DNA of 63,765 nt, filler included, from Octopus bimaculoides (GCF_001194135.2; 6 parts of 5 records of this genome joined end to end with filler, not necessarily neighbours in it); one strand, 5' to 3'. Shown: positions 11,648-24,244, numbered from the whole stretch's first letter. The notes: generated by a model from the sequence alone, not told the origin. Made by a program: numbers and translations.

Positions 11648-12202
11648 ATACATGCATACATGCATACATACATACATACATACATACATACATACATACA
11701 TACATACAGATATGTTATGTGGGACCACAAGGAGAAGGTATGTTTTGTTAGGGAATTCAGCTGTCCTCTGAACGCCAACGTGGTTAAAAAAATACAGGAG
11801 AAAGAGGACATCTATGGACCCTTAATAAGGAGTTTGCTGACCCTTACTGAAGATACACTTTCAGCCTTGTACTTATTATTATTGGAGCAGCGGGATACAT
11901 ACCAACCCGCATGAAGCAAAGTATGGCCGAACTTGGGACCTTATGAGGAGAACGCAAATCCTTAATTCATATGCCACAAATGACCCCGTTATCTAGGATT
12001 ATAAAAATCTTCCCGACCTTAAGATTTAAAGGATGATGAGCAAAATAGGATATTTTTCGGCATAACCTTGCCAACAAGTAGATGACCGATCAAAATTTAC
12101 TCTGAATAAAAAAAAAAGAAAGAGAACATACATACATACATACATACATACATACATACATACATACATACATACATGCATGCATACATACATACATACA
12201 TA

Positions 12203-12625
12203 CCGTAAATCCTCGTGTATAGTCCGCCCTTGAGTATAATACGCAGGGGATTTTTAGGTGGCTGTACCTCTAAAAAACCTAAACCTTGTGTATAATACGC
12301 ACCCTTTCTCTAGGAGTCAAGGAGGTCTATATAACATCATTGGTTTGTAAACATATATACGGTAACGTCCTTTATTATTATTGTATATATAACATAATAC
12401 AAACGTGTAGCTTTTTTGTGCACTTTGTTTGCAGAAAATAAAGAAATAACAGTAATAACGTCAGTGAAAAATAAATATTAAGTAAATTGCCTTTATATAT
12501 TTATCACTTAGAAAATTTTGCTTAGAAAATATTTTAAATTTTTAACCTCGTTTATAGTACGCACTAGAAATTTTGACCTTTAAATTTTGGGGAAAAAAAT
12601 GTGGATTATACTCGAGGATTTACGG
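12203..12625. mobile_element. 423-bp Tc2/pogo-like MITE inserted in a (CATA)n tract
   Basis: TIRs ccgtaaatcctcgtgtatagtcc / ggattatactcgaggatttacgg; TA duplication at 12201-12202 and 12626-12627. Confidence 0.88.
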
Positions 12626-12641
12626 TACATACATACATACA

Positions 12642-12673
<32 letters not shown>

Positions 12674-13142
12674 CATACACACATACATACACACATACAT
12701 ATACATACATATACATACATACACACATACATACATATACATACACATACATACATGCTAACATACATACACATACGTACGTACATACATACATACATAC
12801 ATACATATATACATACATACATACATACATCCATACATACATCCAACTCATCCCGGAAACGTCAAAAGGCGAAAGGCTTCCTTTTACTAAAAGAATATGA
12901 AGTAAAAATACGTTCGAGTAACAAAGACGGTTTGATGTTTATGTCTAAGTTGGAAATTACGACCATTGTTGGAACGGAGGTAGACGCATTAATCTTCCAG
13001 TCACGTAGCCTTATCATTAGAATTAAACAAGCATAGATAGAAAAAGGAGAAAGAAACGAGAGAGAGAGAGGTGGGAAAACAGGGAGGAGGAGAGAGAAAA
13101 GAAAAGAGAAAGAGAAAGAAAGAGAGAGAATGTGAGTGGGAC

Positions 13143-13174
<32 letters not shown>

Positions 13175-13507
13175 TGAGAAACGAATCTTGTACTATAATG
13201 GACATTGGTTGGGGACTTGGCACCATAACATTCTCAGTCAACTCAGATAACCGATGTAGTTCTTTTTAACTGGAGACTGGAGCATATATGTGTATGTATA
13301 TGTGTATGCATGCGTGTGTATGCATGTATGTGTGATGTGTGTGTGTGTGTGTGTGTGTGTGCGTGCATGTGTGTCTGTGTGTCTGTGTGTATATATGTCA
13401 TATAACTGTACATATAACCATCCATAAATACACACACACATGTATGTCCGTATATATATATATATATATATATACATACTTACACACACATACATATATA
13501 TATATGT

Positions 13508-13560
<53 letters not shown>

Positions 13561-14356
13561 NNNNNNNNNNNNNNNNNNNNNNNNNNNNNNNNNNNNNNNN
13601 NNNNNNNNNNNNNNNNNNNNNNNNNNNNNNNNNNNNNNNNNNNNNNNNNNNNNNNNNNNNNNNNNNNNNNNNNNNNNNNNNNNNNNNNNNNNNNNNNNNN
13701 NNNNNNNNNNNNNNNNNNNNNNNNNNNNNNNNNNNNNNNNNNNNNNNNNNNNNNNNNNNNNNNNNNNNNNNNNNNNNNNNNNNNNNNNNNNNNNNNNNNN
13801 NNNNNNNNNNNNNNNNNNNNNNNNNNNNNNNNNNNNNNNNNNNNNNNNNNNNNNNNNNNNNNNNNNNNNNNNNNNNNNNNNNNNNNNNNNNNNNNNNNNN
13901 NNNNNNNNNNNNNNNNNNNNNNNNNNNNNNNNNNNNNNNNNNNNNNNNNNNNNNNNNNNNNNNNNNNNNNNNNNNNNNNNNNNNNNNNNNNNNNNNNNNN
14001 NNNNNNNNNNNNNNNNNNNNNNNNNNNNNNNNNNNNNNNNNNNNNNNNNNNNNNNNNNNNNNNNNNNNNNNNNNNNNNNNNNNNNNNNNNNNNNNNNNNN
14101 NNNNNNNNNNNNNNNNNNNNNNNNNNNNNNNNNNNNNNNNNNNNNNNNNNNNNNNNNNNNNNNNNNNNNNNNNNNNNNNNNNNNNNNNNNNNNNNNNNNN
14201 NNNNNNNNNNNNNNNNNNNNNNNNNNNNNNNNNNNNNNNNNNNNNNNNNNNNNNNNNNNNNNNNNNNNNNNNNNNNNNNNNNNNNNNNNNNNNNNNNNNN
14301 NNNNNNNNNNNNNNNNNNNNNNNNNNNNNNNNNNNNNNNNNNNNNNNNNNNNNNNG

Positions 14357-14880
14357 CAAATCGACCCCAGGACTTATTTTTTGTAAGCCTAGTACTTATT
14401 CCATCGCTCTCTTATGCCGAACCGCTAAGTTACGGGGAAGTTAAACACACCAGCATCGGTTGTCAAGTGATGTTGGGGGGGGGGGACAAACACAGACAGA
14501 CACACACACACATACTCACATACACATGTAAAGTTATATACATACATATATACATACATATATATGCATCCATTCATGTGTATGTATGTATGTTACGCTA
14601 AGTTACGGGGACATAAACACACCAACATCAGTTGTTAAGTGATGGTGATGGGGACAAACAGACACTAGCACACAAATACACTCACACACACGCACGCACA
14701 CACACACACATACACACATACACGACCTGCTTCTTTCATTTTCCGTCTACCAAATCCACTCACAAGGCTTTGGTCGACCCGAGGCTATAGAAGAAGACAC
14801 TTGCCCGTAGTCTCACGCAATGGGACTGAATCCGGAATCAAGTGGTTGAAAAGCAAGCTTCTTACCACACCACCACGCCT
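14357..14880 (-). mobile_element. SINE family B with internal duplication of its middle module
   Basis: cgctaagttacgggga...aaacacacca...ggggacaaacagac occurs at about 14423 and again at about 14596. Confidence 0.85.
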
Positions 14881-15402
14881 GCCATTGTGGATTTAATGTC
14901 TTCTCAATCCTAAAAAATCTTTAAGCCGCAGCTTACACTGTTTCTACAGAAATATAACGACTGAGAATGCTATATACTCTTACTCCGAACAGGAAACGTA
15001 TCCGGTTGCTCGGTTTTCGAAGTCATAACAAATTTACAAACAACATATCCGACGATGAATTTTTAAATCTGAAAGCGTTCCCATTGATACCGTAAATTAA
15101 CAACTTTCCCTGCAATAAAGCGCAGTCTATTGTTGCTTGTTAATTAATTTAATTTGATAAATTTAATTGACTTGTTGCCTGAGTTTCTCCAGCCTGACTG
15201 AACCCTAAACAATAACAAAATTCCTTCATCAAATATTTCTGTCAACCCACACCCTATAAAAAGACCTACTTTTCTCATCCATTGCCGTTTTTCTACACAA
15301 CTGCTTCCCCTGTCTAAGTACATTACACCAAATTATCATTACTTCACCTACCAAAAAGCAAGCTGCCAAACTCTATCCAAAGCCAGAAAGAACTAAAGCA
15401 AA

Positions 15403-15449
15403 TTACAGTCTGATGACGGCAATAAACCGAAACTTCTAAGTCGCTGTAA
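15403..15449 (+). ncRNA. Complete type I hammerhead ribozyme motif
   Basis: TTACAGT-CTGATGA-C-GG(CAATAAA)CC-GAAA-CT(TCTA)AG-TC-GCTGTAA: 7-bp stem I, intact core, 2-bp stem II after one bulged base, 3-bp stem III, GUC site (predicted cut after 15442). Confidence 0.8.
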
Positions 15450-15519
15450 ATGTCTTTGTCACTGTTAATAAATATGTGTTCTATAACAAGTATTGAGTAA
15501 TGTTAACTTGGTTTAGACA

Positions 15520-15542
15520 GGTAGACAGACAGACAGACAGAC

Positions 15543-15611
<69 letters not shown>

Positions 15612-15830
15612 GATAGATAAATAGATGGGTGAATGGATGGATGGATGGATGGATGGATGGATGGATGGTTCATTGAAGATTCTTGCTCGAGCTGCTGCAC
15701 AGTGAAATCGAACTCTGAATCGAGTGGTAGGAAAGCAAACTTCATAATTACCCGACTGACCCGATATGTATGTATGCATGGATTTATGTATGTATGTATG
15801 TATGTATGTATGTATGTATGTATGTATGTA

Positions 15831-15861
<31 letters not shown>

Positions 15862-15890
15862 ATGTATGTATGTATGTATGTGTGTGTGTG

Positions 15891-15922
<32 letters not shown>

Positions 15923-15972
15923 TGCATGTATGTATGTATGTATGTATGTATGTATGTATGTATGTATGTATG
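15520..15972. repeat. (GACA)n/(GATA)n/(GGAT)n and (TATG)n/(TG)n microsatellite blocks
   Basis: Seen directly. Confidence 0.9.
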
Positions 15973-16427
15973 CATTTGTAAGTGTAACTGTTCTTTAATG
16001 TTGCATAGAATTACATCTATCATATAATTTTCTTGGAAAGTTCGTTCTTCATCCGCTTCCTGTTCTTTGAAATTATGAAAACGCTGCATAAAAGGGTGGA
16101 TGGATGGATGGAAGAGTAGACGGGTGGGTGCGTGGTTAAGTGAACGTGTGGCCGGGTAGACGGCTGGACAGGTGGAGGGATGGAAACGCAGTGAATATAA
16201 GCTGTAACAATGCAAGTAGCACCAGCGGTAGCGATAACGGACGAGGGTGTCCCTTGGTGGTAACGTGACTTGCTAGAAATAGCAGCTTATTCTACATCGA
16301 ATTACACCTTATTGTAATGTAACTCCAAGGTACAGCTGAAAGGACAGGAACGCTTGGAACACTTTTGGTCAAGGGTCTGCTGTCTGCTGGGCTCCTTCAG
16401 GGTTGATGAGGCAGGGGAATAAACCCT

Positions 16428-16712
16428 ACTACTACTACTACTACTACCACCAGCACCTTTGCTAGCACCACCACCACTACCAATACTACAACTATTGCTA
16501 CTACCAACACTACTACCATACTATTAGTACTACTACTATTACCACCAATCCTACTACTACTACTACTACTACTACCACCGCCATCACTACAACCAGCATC
16601 AGCAGCACTACTGCTGCTGCTACTACTACTACTGCTGCTATCGCTGCCGCCGCTGCCGCCGCTACCACCACCACCACTACCACCACTACTACTCTTTCTG
16701 CTGCTGCTGCTT
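16428..16712. repeat. Mixed trinucleotide tract (CTA/CCA/CAG/CTG/GCC)
   Basis: Seen directly; no coding context. Confidence 0.85.
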
Positions 16713-17623
16713 AGTGTGAAATTGAATAAAATACCGCCATTAATCTCTTAAAATTATGGGCGGTGTAGAAGTGCGCCCAGTCCCACCTCAACTCTCTTTT
16801 TGATTCAGTTTTTGAACCGCTTCACTACCACATCGTCCCCACCCCCACCCCCCCAAAAAACTGCGGTGCTTCTGTCAGTTGTTGCAACCAACAGATAGTA
16901 TCGGCATTTAAAAAAAGAAAAAGAGAGACAATAACAAAAAAAAAAGTTCTCTCGGGAGACTGCCACCTCAACCTTTGTGAAAAGAATGGAAAACCTGAAA
17001 TTTTCCCCCCAGGTGAGAATCGAGCTCGGTTCGTCAAGGTTTTACACTTCGATAGAACGTAAATACTTCTTGCTGGCAAGGTAAAATGCCAGTGAAGTTA
17101 GTGGTCGGGAAAGTATGAGCAAATCTAATCTAAAAACCACAAGTCTGCAAGAACTTCAAGACTAAACAGGTGGAAAAACGATTTCAGAAACTCGGTAATT
17201 CCTCAACAGTTAAAGATAAAACACAGAAATTGCTATTAAATATGATCTTCACATCAAACAGTGATTTCATATTAAGAGAATTCACTGAAGCACACAAATT
17301 GATGAAAAAGATGAAGTCAGCTGGCCTTGATAATACATCTCAGAAAGTCTGGAATAGAAACGCATTCAGTGACATTTTTCTTGATACTCTCCTTCAGTTT
17401 TCCAAAGCAGTATATATTAAAAATCTAATTATGACGTAGACAGAAAGTTGTCGTTTCCCATTCACAGAGGTAAGGCTAAAACATGCAGCGGTATTACTTT
17501 TACAGCGATAATAGCAAAACCTTACAACAAAAACTACCCATATTTCTGCAAAATATGGGTAGTTTATCCTGTTCATGCTATATCATTAGCATTATTCTGC
17601 GTTTGAGAATAAAATTATTTCCT

Positions 17624-18207
17624 TGTGGCTGCTTACCAACCATATGGTTCTGGGTTCAGTCCCACTGCGTGGCACCTTGGGCAAGTGTCTTCTACTATAG
17701 CCTCGGGCCGACCAAAGCCTTGTGAGTGGATTTGGTAGACAGAAACTGAAAGAAGCCCGTCATATATATGTATATATATANNNNNNNNNNNNNNNNNNNN
17801 NNNNNNNNNNNNNNNNNNNNNNNNNNNNNNNNNNNNNNNNNNNNNNNNNNNNNNNNNNNNNNNNNNNNNNNNNNNNNNNNNNNNNNNNNNNNNNNNNNNN
17901 NNNNNNNNNNNNNNNNNNNNNNNNNNNNNNNNNNNNNNNNNNNNNNNNNNNNNNNNNNNNNNNNNNNNNNNNNNNNNNNNNNNNNNNNNNNNNNNNNNNN
18001 NNNNNNNNNNNNNNNNNNNNNNNNNNNNNNNNNNNNNNNNNNNNNNNNNNNGGTGTGTTTACGTCCCCGTAACTTAGCGGTTCGGCAAAAAGAGACCGAT
18101 AGAATAAGTACTAGGCTTACAAAGAATAAGTCCTGGGGTCGATTTTCTCGACTAAAGGCGGTGCTCCAGCATGGCCGCAGTCAAAATGACTGAAACAAGT
18201 AAAAGAG
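17624..18207 (+). mobile_element. SINE family B spanning a gap
   Basis: gggttcagtcccactgcgtggcaccttgggcaagtgtcttc ... ggcggtgctccagcatggccgcagtcaaaatgactgaaacaagtaaaagag. Confidence 0.9.
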
Positions 18208-18222
18208 TTACAACAAATTTAT

Positions 18223-18580
18223 TGAAGTAGTTGTATGCTGTCAACTTAATGTGACAGTCCCCTGAAGGGAATAATACTACTGTTGGTTAGACCTAGGAGG
18301 CTGCACCGCTTCCTGTCGGCCTTGACACATTTCCTGTGTCCTTATGTTTACAAGGGGGAGACAAGCACCTCCACCCAGCCGTCTTACCTTTACAGCGATA
18401 ATAGCAAAATACAACAAAAACTTTACAGCGATAATTTATTATCTTCCCCTTGTAAACATAAGGACACAGGAAATGTGTCAAGGCCGACAGGAAGCGGTAC
18501 AGCTTCCTAGGTCTAACCAACAGTAGTATTATTCCCTTCATGTGACTGTCACATTAAGTTGACAGCATACAACTACTTCA
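18223..18580. mobile_element. Foldback/MITE-like element: 139-bp inverted arms, 80-bp spacer
   Basis: 18223-18361 is the near-perfect reverse complement of 18442-18580. Confidence 0.85.
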
Positions 18581-21331
18581 TCGTATCACTACTGCATAAA
18601 TCTCTCTGAGAGATTTAGAAATGTATTATTTCGAAACAAATTTATTGTTGCTGAACTGTTTAAAGTCAGAACTCATGGTCTTGCAAAAACAAAAACAACA
18701 CAATTGGTTTATGAAACGCCGGTCATTTGTTGGTCAGAGCTTAATAATTGTAGAGGGAGTCAAGGTTAAAAATCTACTTGCTATTTTGCCGTTTGTAGAC
18801 TTCACGAAAGTTTTCTGCTCTGACCGAGGTAAAATGGAGCAAATTCTTCATCTATTCAGAGTACACCTAGAAGCAGTATCAGCAGTAATGACGCTCTCCA
18901 AGAACACAAGAGCTAAAGTGTGATCAGCCGATGGAAGCACCCTCTTCAACATCAGTGGAGGCATTTTACAAGGAGATGCGATTGCACCATTTCTATTTGC
19001 CATCTATCTGAACTACGTCCTTCGTACTTCAGTTGACAAAAATAAAAAGTAAGCTTCACTCTCAGAAAACCCTCATCACTTAAAAGACGTAAATTATGCT
19101 CACAGATTTAGCATAAACTGCATCTTTGAGTGTTGTCTCTGCTAACAGAGCAATATAGCAGAAACCTCCTCAGAAGCTAGGCTCTTGCAACATGACTTCG
19201 AGAAAGCGACAGCAGATATTAGATATCAATACCTCAAAAGCTGACTGCATCCGCCATATTCAGGACGTTTCATAACATTCTCTAAATCTATTGACTCGTT
19301 TTATATACAAACTCACATAGAAAGGATGTTAAGCTTCGTCGAGCGAAAGCGTGGGCGATTCTTGATGATTTCAGTGCCATCTTGAATTCCATGCTACCAG
19401 TTGACTTTTAAAGAAGCTTCTTTCGTGCCATGGTAAAATTGATGTTTTTTTTTTACGGATCTACTGCTTCGACATTTGCCGAAAATTTCGACGCAAGTCT
19501 TGATGGCACTTATACTTGTATGTTATAAACTATTTAGAATATCTCGTGAAAAAAGTATCCAACGAAAGTGAAGACAGTATGACAATTTCCTTGCAGTCAC
19601 TGATGTCATTAAAGAGACACGCATGCGTATTGCAATACTTCGCTGGAGGTCATTTGTGATACACTTCATGAAAACCTCATCATGGATATACACGACCAAT
19701 ATATCCACCACTTTATTTAACAATTCCCCTTCCGTGGGAGTCATCGGCGACTCCTCACACTATTTTCTCAATATGGATTAAAATGGGCTTGACAGGCGAA
19801 GTGTTAACCCATTACCTCCCATAATTCTATTAACTGGAATGATCAAAATAACATTTTAAATAGAAATAAGCGAGATATTGGGTGAAAAATTATCAAACCT
19901 CATTTGAATATCAGAGAAATATACCTAGTAGATATAGCAAAAAGGTTAGATATATGTAAATATTGACAGATAATTACGAAATTTGTAATTTTTATGTGAT
20001 CTCATATGAGATCACTGGTAGGTAATGGGTTTAAGATAGAAGACTGTAAATTGAGGGATATTTAGTTGCTATTTCTAGTAGATCACTGTCCATGTAGGTG
20101 TTCCATGGGTTAGTTTGATTGATGTGAGGAAGATTTAATTGTTATTTGTAATAAGTCGTGCAGCCACGTAGGGGATCTTTCGGTAGTTCGAGTTATTTGG
20201 AGATTTGGCTGTTATTTCTAGGACGTCAAAAGACTGTAGAGGCTTTAAGTGTATTGATTAAAACTGTGGAAGTTTGCAACAAAATTTTCAAGAGAAATTT
20301 TATTCTTTAACAATTTCCTGACTTTTTTAAAAATTATGTAAATGTACCGCGGAATGATAAACAAAAAATAATAAAATAAAAATAAAAATAGAAGAATCAC
20401 TTGTAACGTCTGGGAAATTTCCGAGTTGAGAAATCTAGCATTACAGATTCCGTATAACATGCAATTGTAATAAATTTAAAATAGCAAACTACTGCTTATG
20501 AGGTTAAAACAGACACAGTCGTGTCCTATTTACATAAAACAAATTGCAGCCGGAAGTTGGCTGCTTCTCAAAGAAGTCTGAAAAAAACGACTGGGTATAA
20601 TTTTCGTTTTCTTAAGAATTAATCTCCATTTCAATGGCTTTTTGAAAAAAGAAATTCAACAAAATTGCTTAGAAAAGTTGTAATGGTTGTTGCCGAAAAT
20701 TTTACAATCTCATCGTCTCATGTGATGTTCTGCTTATATCAAGGAGTGTATGGCTGTGTTTTGGTTTCCGGTTGAAGCTATTTTAATTCGATTAGGTCAT
20801 TAACGCCTAGGGTAAGAGACGAACTTCAAACAATTATATTTTCCTTAAATCTATAAGTCAGAAAAAACCCTGTGTGTCGGCAAGTAATTTTATTACTTTG
20901 GTGTATTTACAATGACGAAGATATTGGGGTTTGCATTCTTAACAAACCGGACTTGTTTGCTTTTATTTTTTTAAGTTGCTTTTCAGATCCTATTCACGTT
21001 TACTCATGAACACCACAATTTATTTACCATTTCTACGACTTCCTTAAAAAATCTGAAACTTCGTACAAATGTTAGAATATTTATTACATCACCCTCAGTT
21101 CAGAAACCATAGTACACCAATCCTCAACGAATATTAGCTGAGATTTTTAATTCAGGAATCTAAAAACCTTGAACTAAAGAAGAGGATTTCATGAGTCAGC
21201 TTCGACATATGTTGTTGCCGTTATTTTCCCGCCTGATTCTTTTTAATAAGACTATAAAATGTGATATGAGGGACGTTCGGCTGTTATTTCTCATAGGTTG
21301 AACTACCATGTAAAATCTCGGTGTGTTTATC

Positions 21332-21550
21332 GTTTACTTCTTCCAGTCATTGGACTGCGGTCATGCTGGGGCGCCACCTTGAAGTGTATAGTCGAAGCAA
21401 TTCAACTCCGGCAACTATGCTACTGAAGGTCTGATTGTCATTTTATCGGTTTCTTACGGGGAACCGCTAAGTGATGAAGACGTAAAAAGAAACTGATACC
21501 ACCAGTTATCAGACGGTGGCGGTGAGTGGGGGACAAGCACATGCACAGAG
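21332..21550 (-). mobile_element. Diverged SINE family B 3' part
   Basis: cagtcattggactgcggtcatgctgggg...gaaccgctaagt...gggggacaagcac. Confidence 0.7.
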
Positions 21551-21587
21551 AAACAAACGCTTATATACGTACGCGCATATGTGTGTG

Positions 21588-21670
<83 letters not shown>

Positions 21671-21760
21671 ATGGAAAGGATAACAAAAGAAAGAGACCTC
21701 GATATTATGTAAATAGAGGAATTTATCTGTAAAAATATGTGACACTTATTCGGTAGCTAT

Positions 21761-21821
21761 AATAAAACTCCGAGTTCCGGATGCCGGGGTGGGAACCCAC
21801 GCCGCCATCTCTTCAGTTATC
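21761..21821 (-). ncRNA. Near-canonical type I hammerhead motif with long stem II
   Basis: Minus strand: GATAA-CTGAAGA-GATGgCGGcGTGGG(TT)CCCACcCCGgCATC-c-GGAA-CT(CGG)AG-TT-TTATT; all three stems pair, but GAAA reads GGAA. Confidence 0.55.
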
Positions 21822-23246
21822 CGGCCATTATATATATATATATATATATATATTTAATTATATGTATTTCTTCTATCTTAATGAATAATAATTCTTCGGA
21901 TAGAATAAATGGGTTAATAGAAACCAATGTAGCAAAGAACACAAAATAACGTTGGTGTTGTTCCTGTTTTTAAGGCAGGAACTCCTTGAAATTTTGGGTA
22001 TTTGNNNNNNNNNNNNNNNNNNNNNNNNNNNNNNNNNNNNNNNNNNNNNNNNNNNNNNNNNNNNNNNNNNNNNNNNNNNNNNNNNNNNNNNNNNNNNNNN
22101 NNNNNNNNNNNNNNNNNNNNNNNNNNNNNNNNNNNNNNNNNNNNNNNNNNNNNNNNNNNNNNNNNNNNNNNNNNNNNNNNNNNNNNNNNNNNNNNNNNNN
22201 NNNNNNNNNNNNNNNNNNNNNNNNNNNNNNNNNNNNNNNNNNNNNNNNNNNNNNNNNNNNNNNNNNNNNNNNNNNNNNNNNNNNNNNNNNNNNNNNNNNN
22301 NNNNNNNNNNNNNNNNNNNNNNNNNNNNNNNNNNNNNNNNNNNNNNNNNNNNNNNNNNNNNNNNNNNNNNNNNNNNNNNNNNNNNNNNNNNNNNNNNNNN
22401 NNNNNNNNNNNNNNNNNNNNNNNNNNNNNNNNNNNNNNNNNNNNNNNNNNNNNNNNNNNNNNNNNNNNNNNNNNNNNNNNNNNNNNNNNNNNNNNNNNNN
22501 NNNNNNNNNNNNNNNNNNNNNNNNNNNNNNNNNNNNNNNNNNNNNNNNNNNNNNNNNNNNNNNNNNNNNNNNNNNNNNNNNNNNNNNNNNNNNNNNNNNN
22601 NNNNNNNNNNNNNNNNNNNNNNNNNNNNNATATATATATATATATATAAATACATGTGTGAGTGTGTGCGTGCGTGCGTGCACGTGTGAGTAACGATTAG
22701 CTTCCTAGATTCTAAACCAGGATTTGAAACCGAATCTGCATCTTTCAACAACTCCGTTTCTTATTGTTCTCGGCCTTAGATATTTATGAGAGTCAGCTCT
22801 CACACTTAGGTTCAATTGCGTTAACATTCTCGGGTTAAATACAGTTCGGGAAAGATAAACTCACTGCTTTTCATTGTTCTCTGACCTACATCAAGTTTTC
22901 CAACTTATATAAATACAATTAATTTCAGTTTTTCCTTCTTTCTATCGGCGCCGACGGAGGTGGGGGATCTTACTATACAGCTTATACCTTCTCTACATGT
23001 CTAGACTCTCTTGGGAGAAAGAATAGTTAAAGAGTAGTTAAAGCCGGAATTCCAACGGGTTGAATGGCCGTTGTTTTTAAAATGAAAAAAAATAAAAAAG
23101 CAAACGGACTTTTCTCCTTGGTACGAAAATGATGTAAGGCGAGCGAGAGAGATGAAGTCTATTTTATTAGTTACTGTGGTCAATACAACACTAGTTTCAC
23201 GATTTATGTACAAACTAAATAAATCAATAAAAATTTCTTTTAACAA

Positions 23247-23404
23247 GAGTGGCTGTGTGGTAAGTAGCTTGCTTACCAACGACATGGTTCTGGGTTCAGT
23301 CCCACTGCGTGGCACCTTGGGCAAGTGTCTTCTATTATAGCCTCGGGCCGACCAAAGCCTTGTGAGTGGATTCGGTAGACAGAAACTGAAAGAAGCCCGT
23401 CGTA

Positions 23405-23451
<47 letters not shown>

Positions 23452-23569
23452 CTGTGTCTGTGTTTGTCCCCCCACCATCGCTTGACAACCGATGCTGGTG
23501 TGTTTACGTCCCCGTAACTTAGCGGTTCGGCAAAAAGAGACCGATAGAATAAGTACTAGGCTTACAAAN
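23247..23569 (+). mobile_element. Young SINE family B copy truncated by a gap
   Basis: gtggctgtgtggtaagtagcttgcttacc...ggcaccttgggcaagtgtctt...(TA)n(TG)n...gaataagtactaggcttacaaa. Confidence 0.92.
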
Positions 23570-23753
23570 NNNNNNNNNNNNNNNNNNNNNNNNNNNNNNN
23601 NNNNNNNNNNNNTTAATTAATTAANNNNNNNNNNNNNNNNNNNNNNNNNNNNNNNNNNNNNNNNNNNNTTGTGTATGTGTAAATATAAATGTGTGTATAT
23701 GATTGTGTATACAAGTTTATGTGAGTGTGCATGTCCACATGTGTATGTATGTG

Positions 23754-23787
<34 letters not shown>

Positions 23788-24196
23788 CACATACATACAC
23801 ATGTGGACATGCACACTCACATAAACTTGTATACACAATCATATACACACATTTATATTTACACATACACAAACATCTAAATGTTTACTTATATTTTTTT
23901 TTAAATAAGAATAAAAATTACATCTACACAAATATGCTCCTATACTTATTCACAAGTACACTCATATTTGAATATATAAACAAACCTATGTTTTAATAAA
24001 TACATTTTTACACAAAAATGTCCATACATCCAAAAAATCATACGTAAATGCATATTTATATATTTAAAAAAAATAATATTGATAAGAGTCAAAACAAGGG
24101 TAAGAGTGAAAATATAAATGATAATGCGTATATGTACACAGAAAAATCAGTTAAAACACTTTTATTTTATACAAAACCCTAAATATGTATACACAG

Positions 24197-24244
<48 letters not shown>

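Larger units (their letters stand above)
17150..19760 (+). mobile_element. Old RTE-like LINE reverse transcriptase relic split by nested insertions
   Basis: Collinear RT pieces MKSAGLDNTSQKVWNRNAFSDIFL (ORF 17170-17439), SGITFTAIIAKPYN (about 17488-17530), EGVKVKNLLAILPFVDFTKVF...RGKMEQIL (ORF 18621-18923), GGILQGDAIAPFLFAIYLNYVLRTSVD (about 18960-19040). Confidence 0.8.

Noticed and set aside
16428-16712. Poly-Thr/Ala/Ser coding potential
   Set aside because: No flanking coding sequence or splice signals; similar tracts occur at about 40180 and 50900.
23613-23624. TTAATTAATTAA inside N runs (also 39806, 55806, 58983, 61672)
   Set aside because: Identical stop-rich 12-mer within about 100-nt N blocks; a scaffolding spacer, not biology.
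23669-23872. Perfect 204-bp palindrome centred on (AT)n
   Set aside because: No mismatches, and the left arm ends exactly at a gap; this fits an assembler turning back through a self-complementary (AT)n tract.
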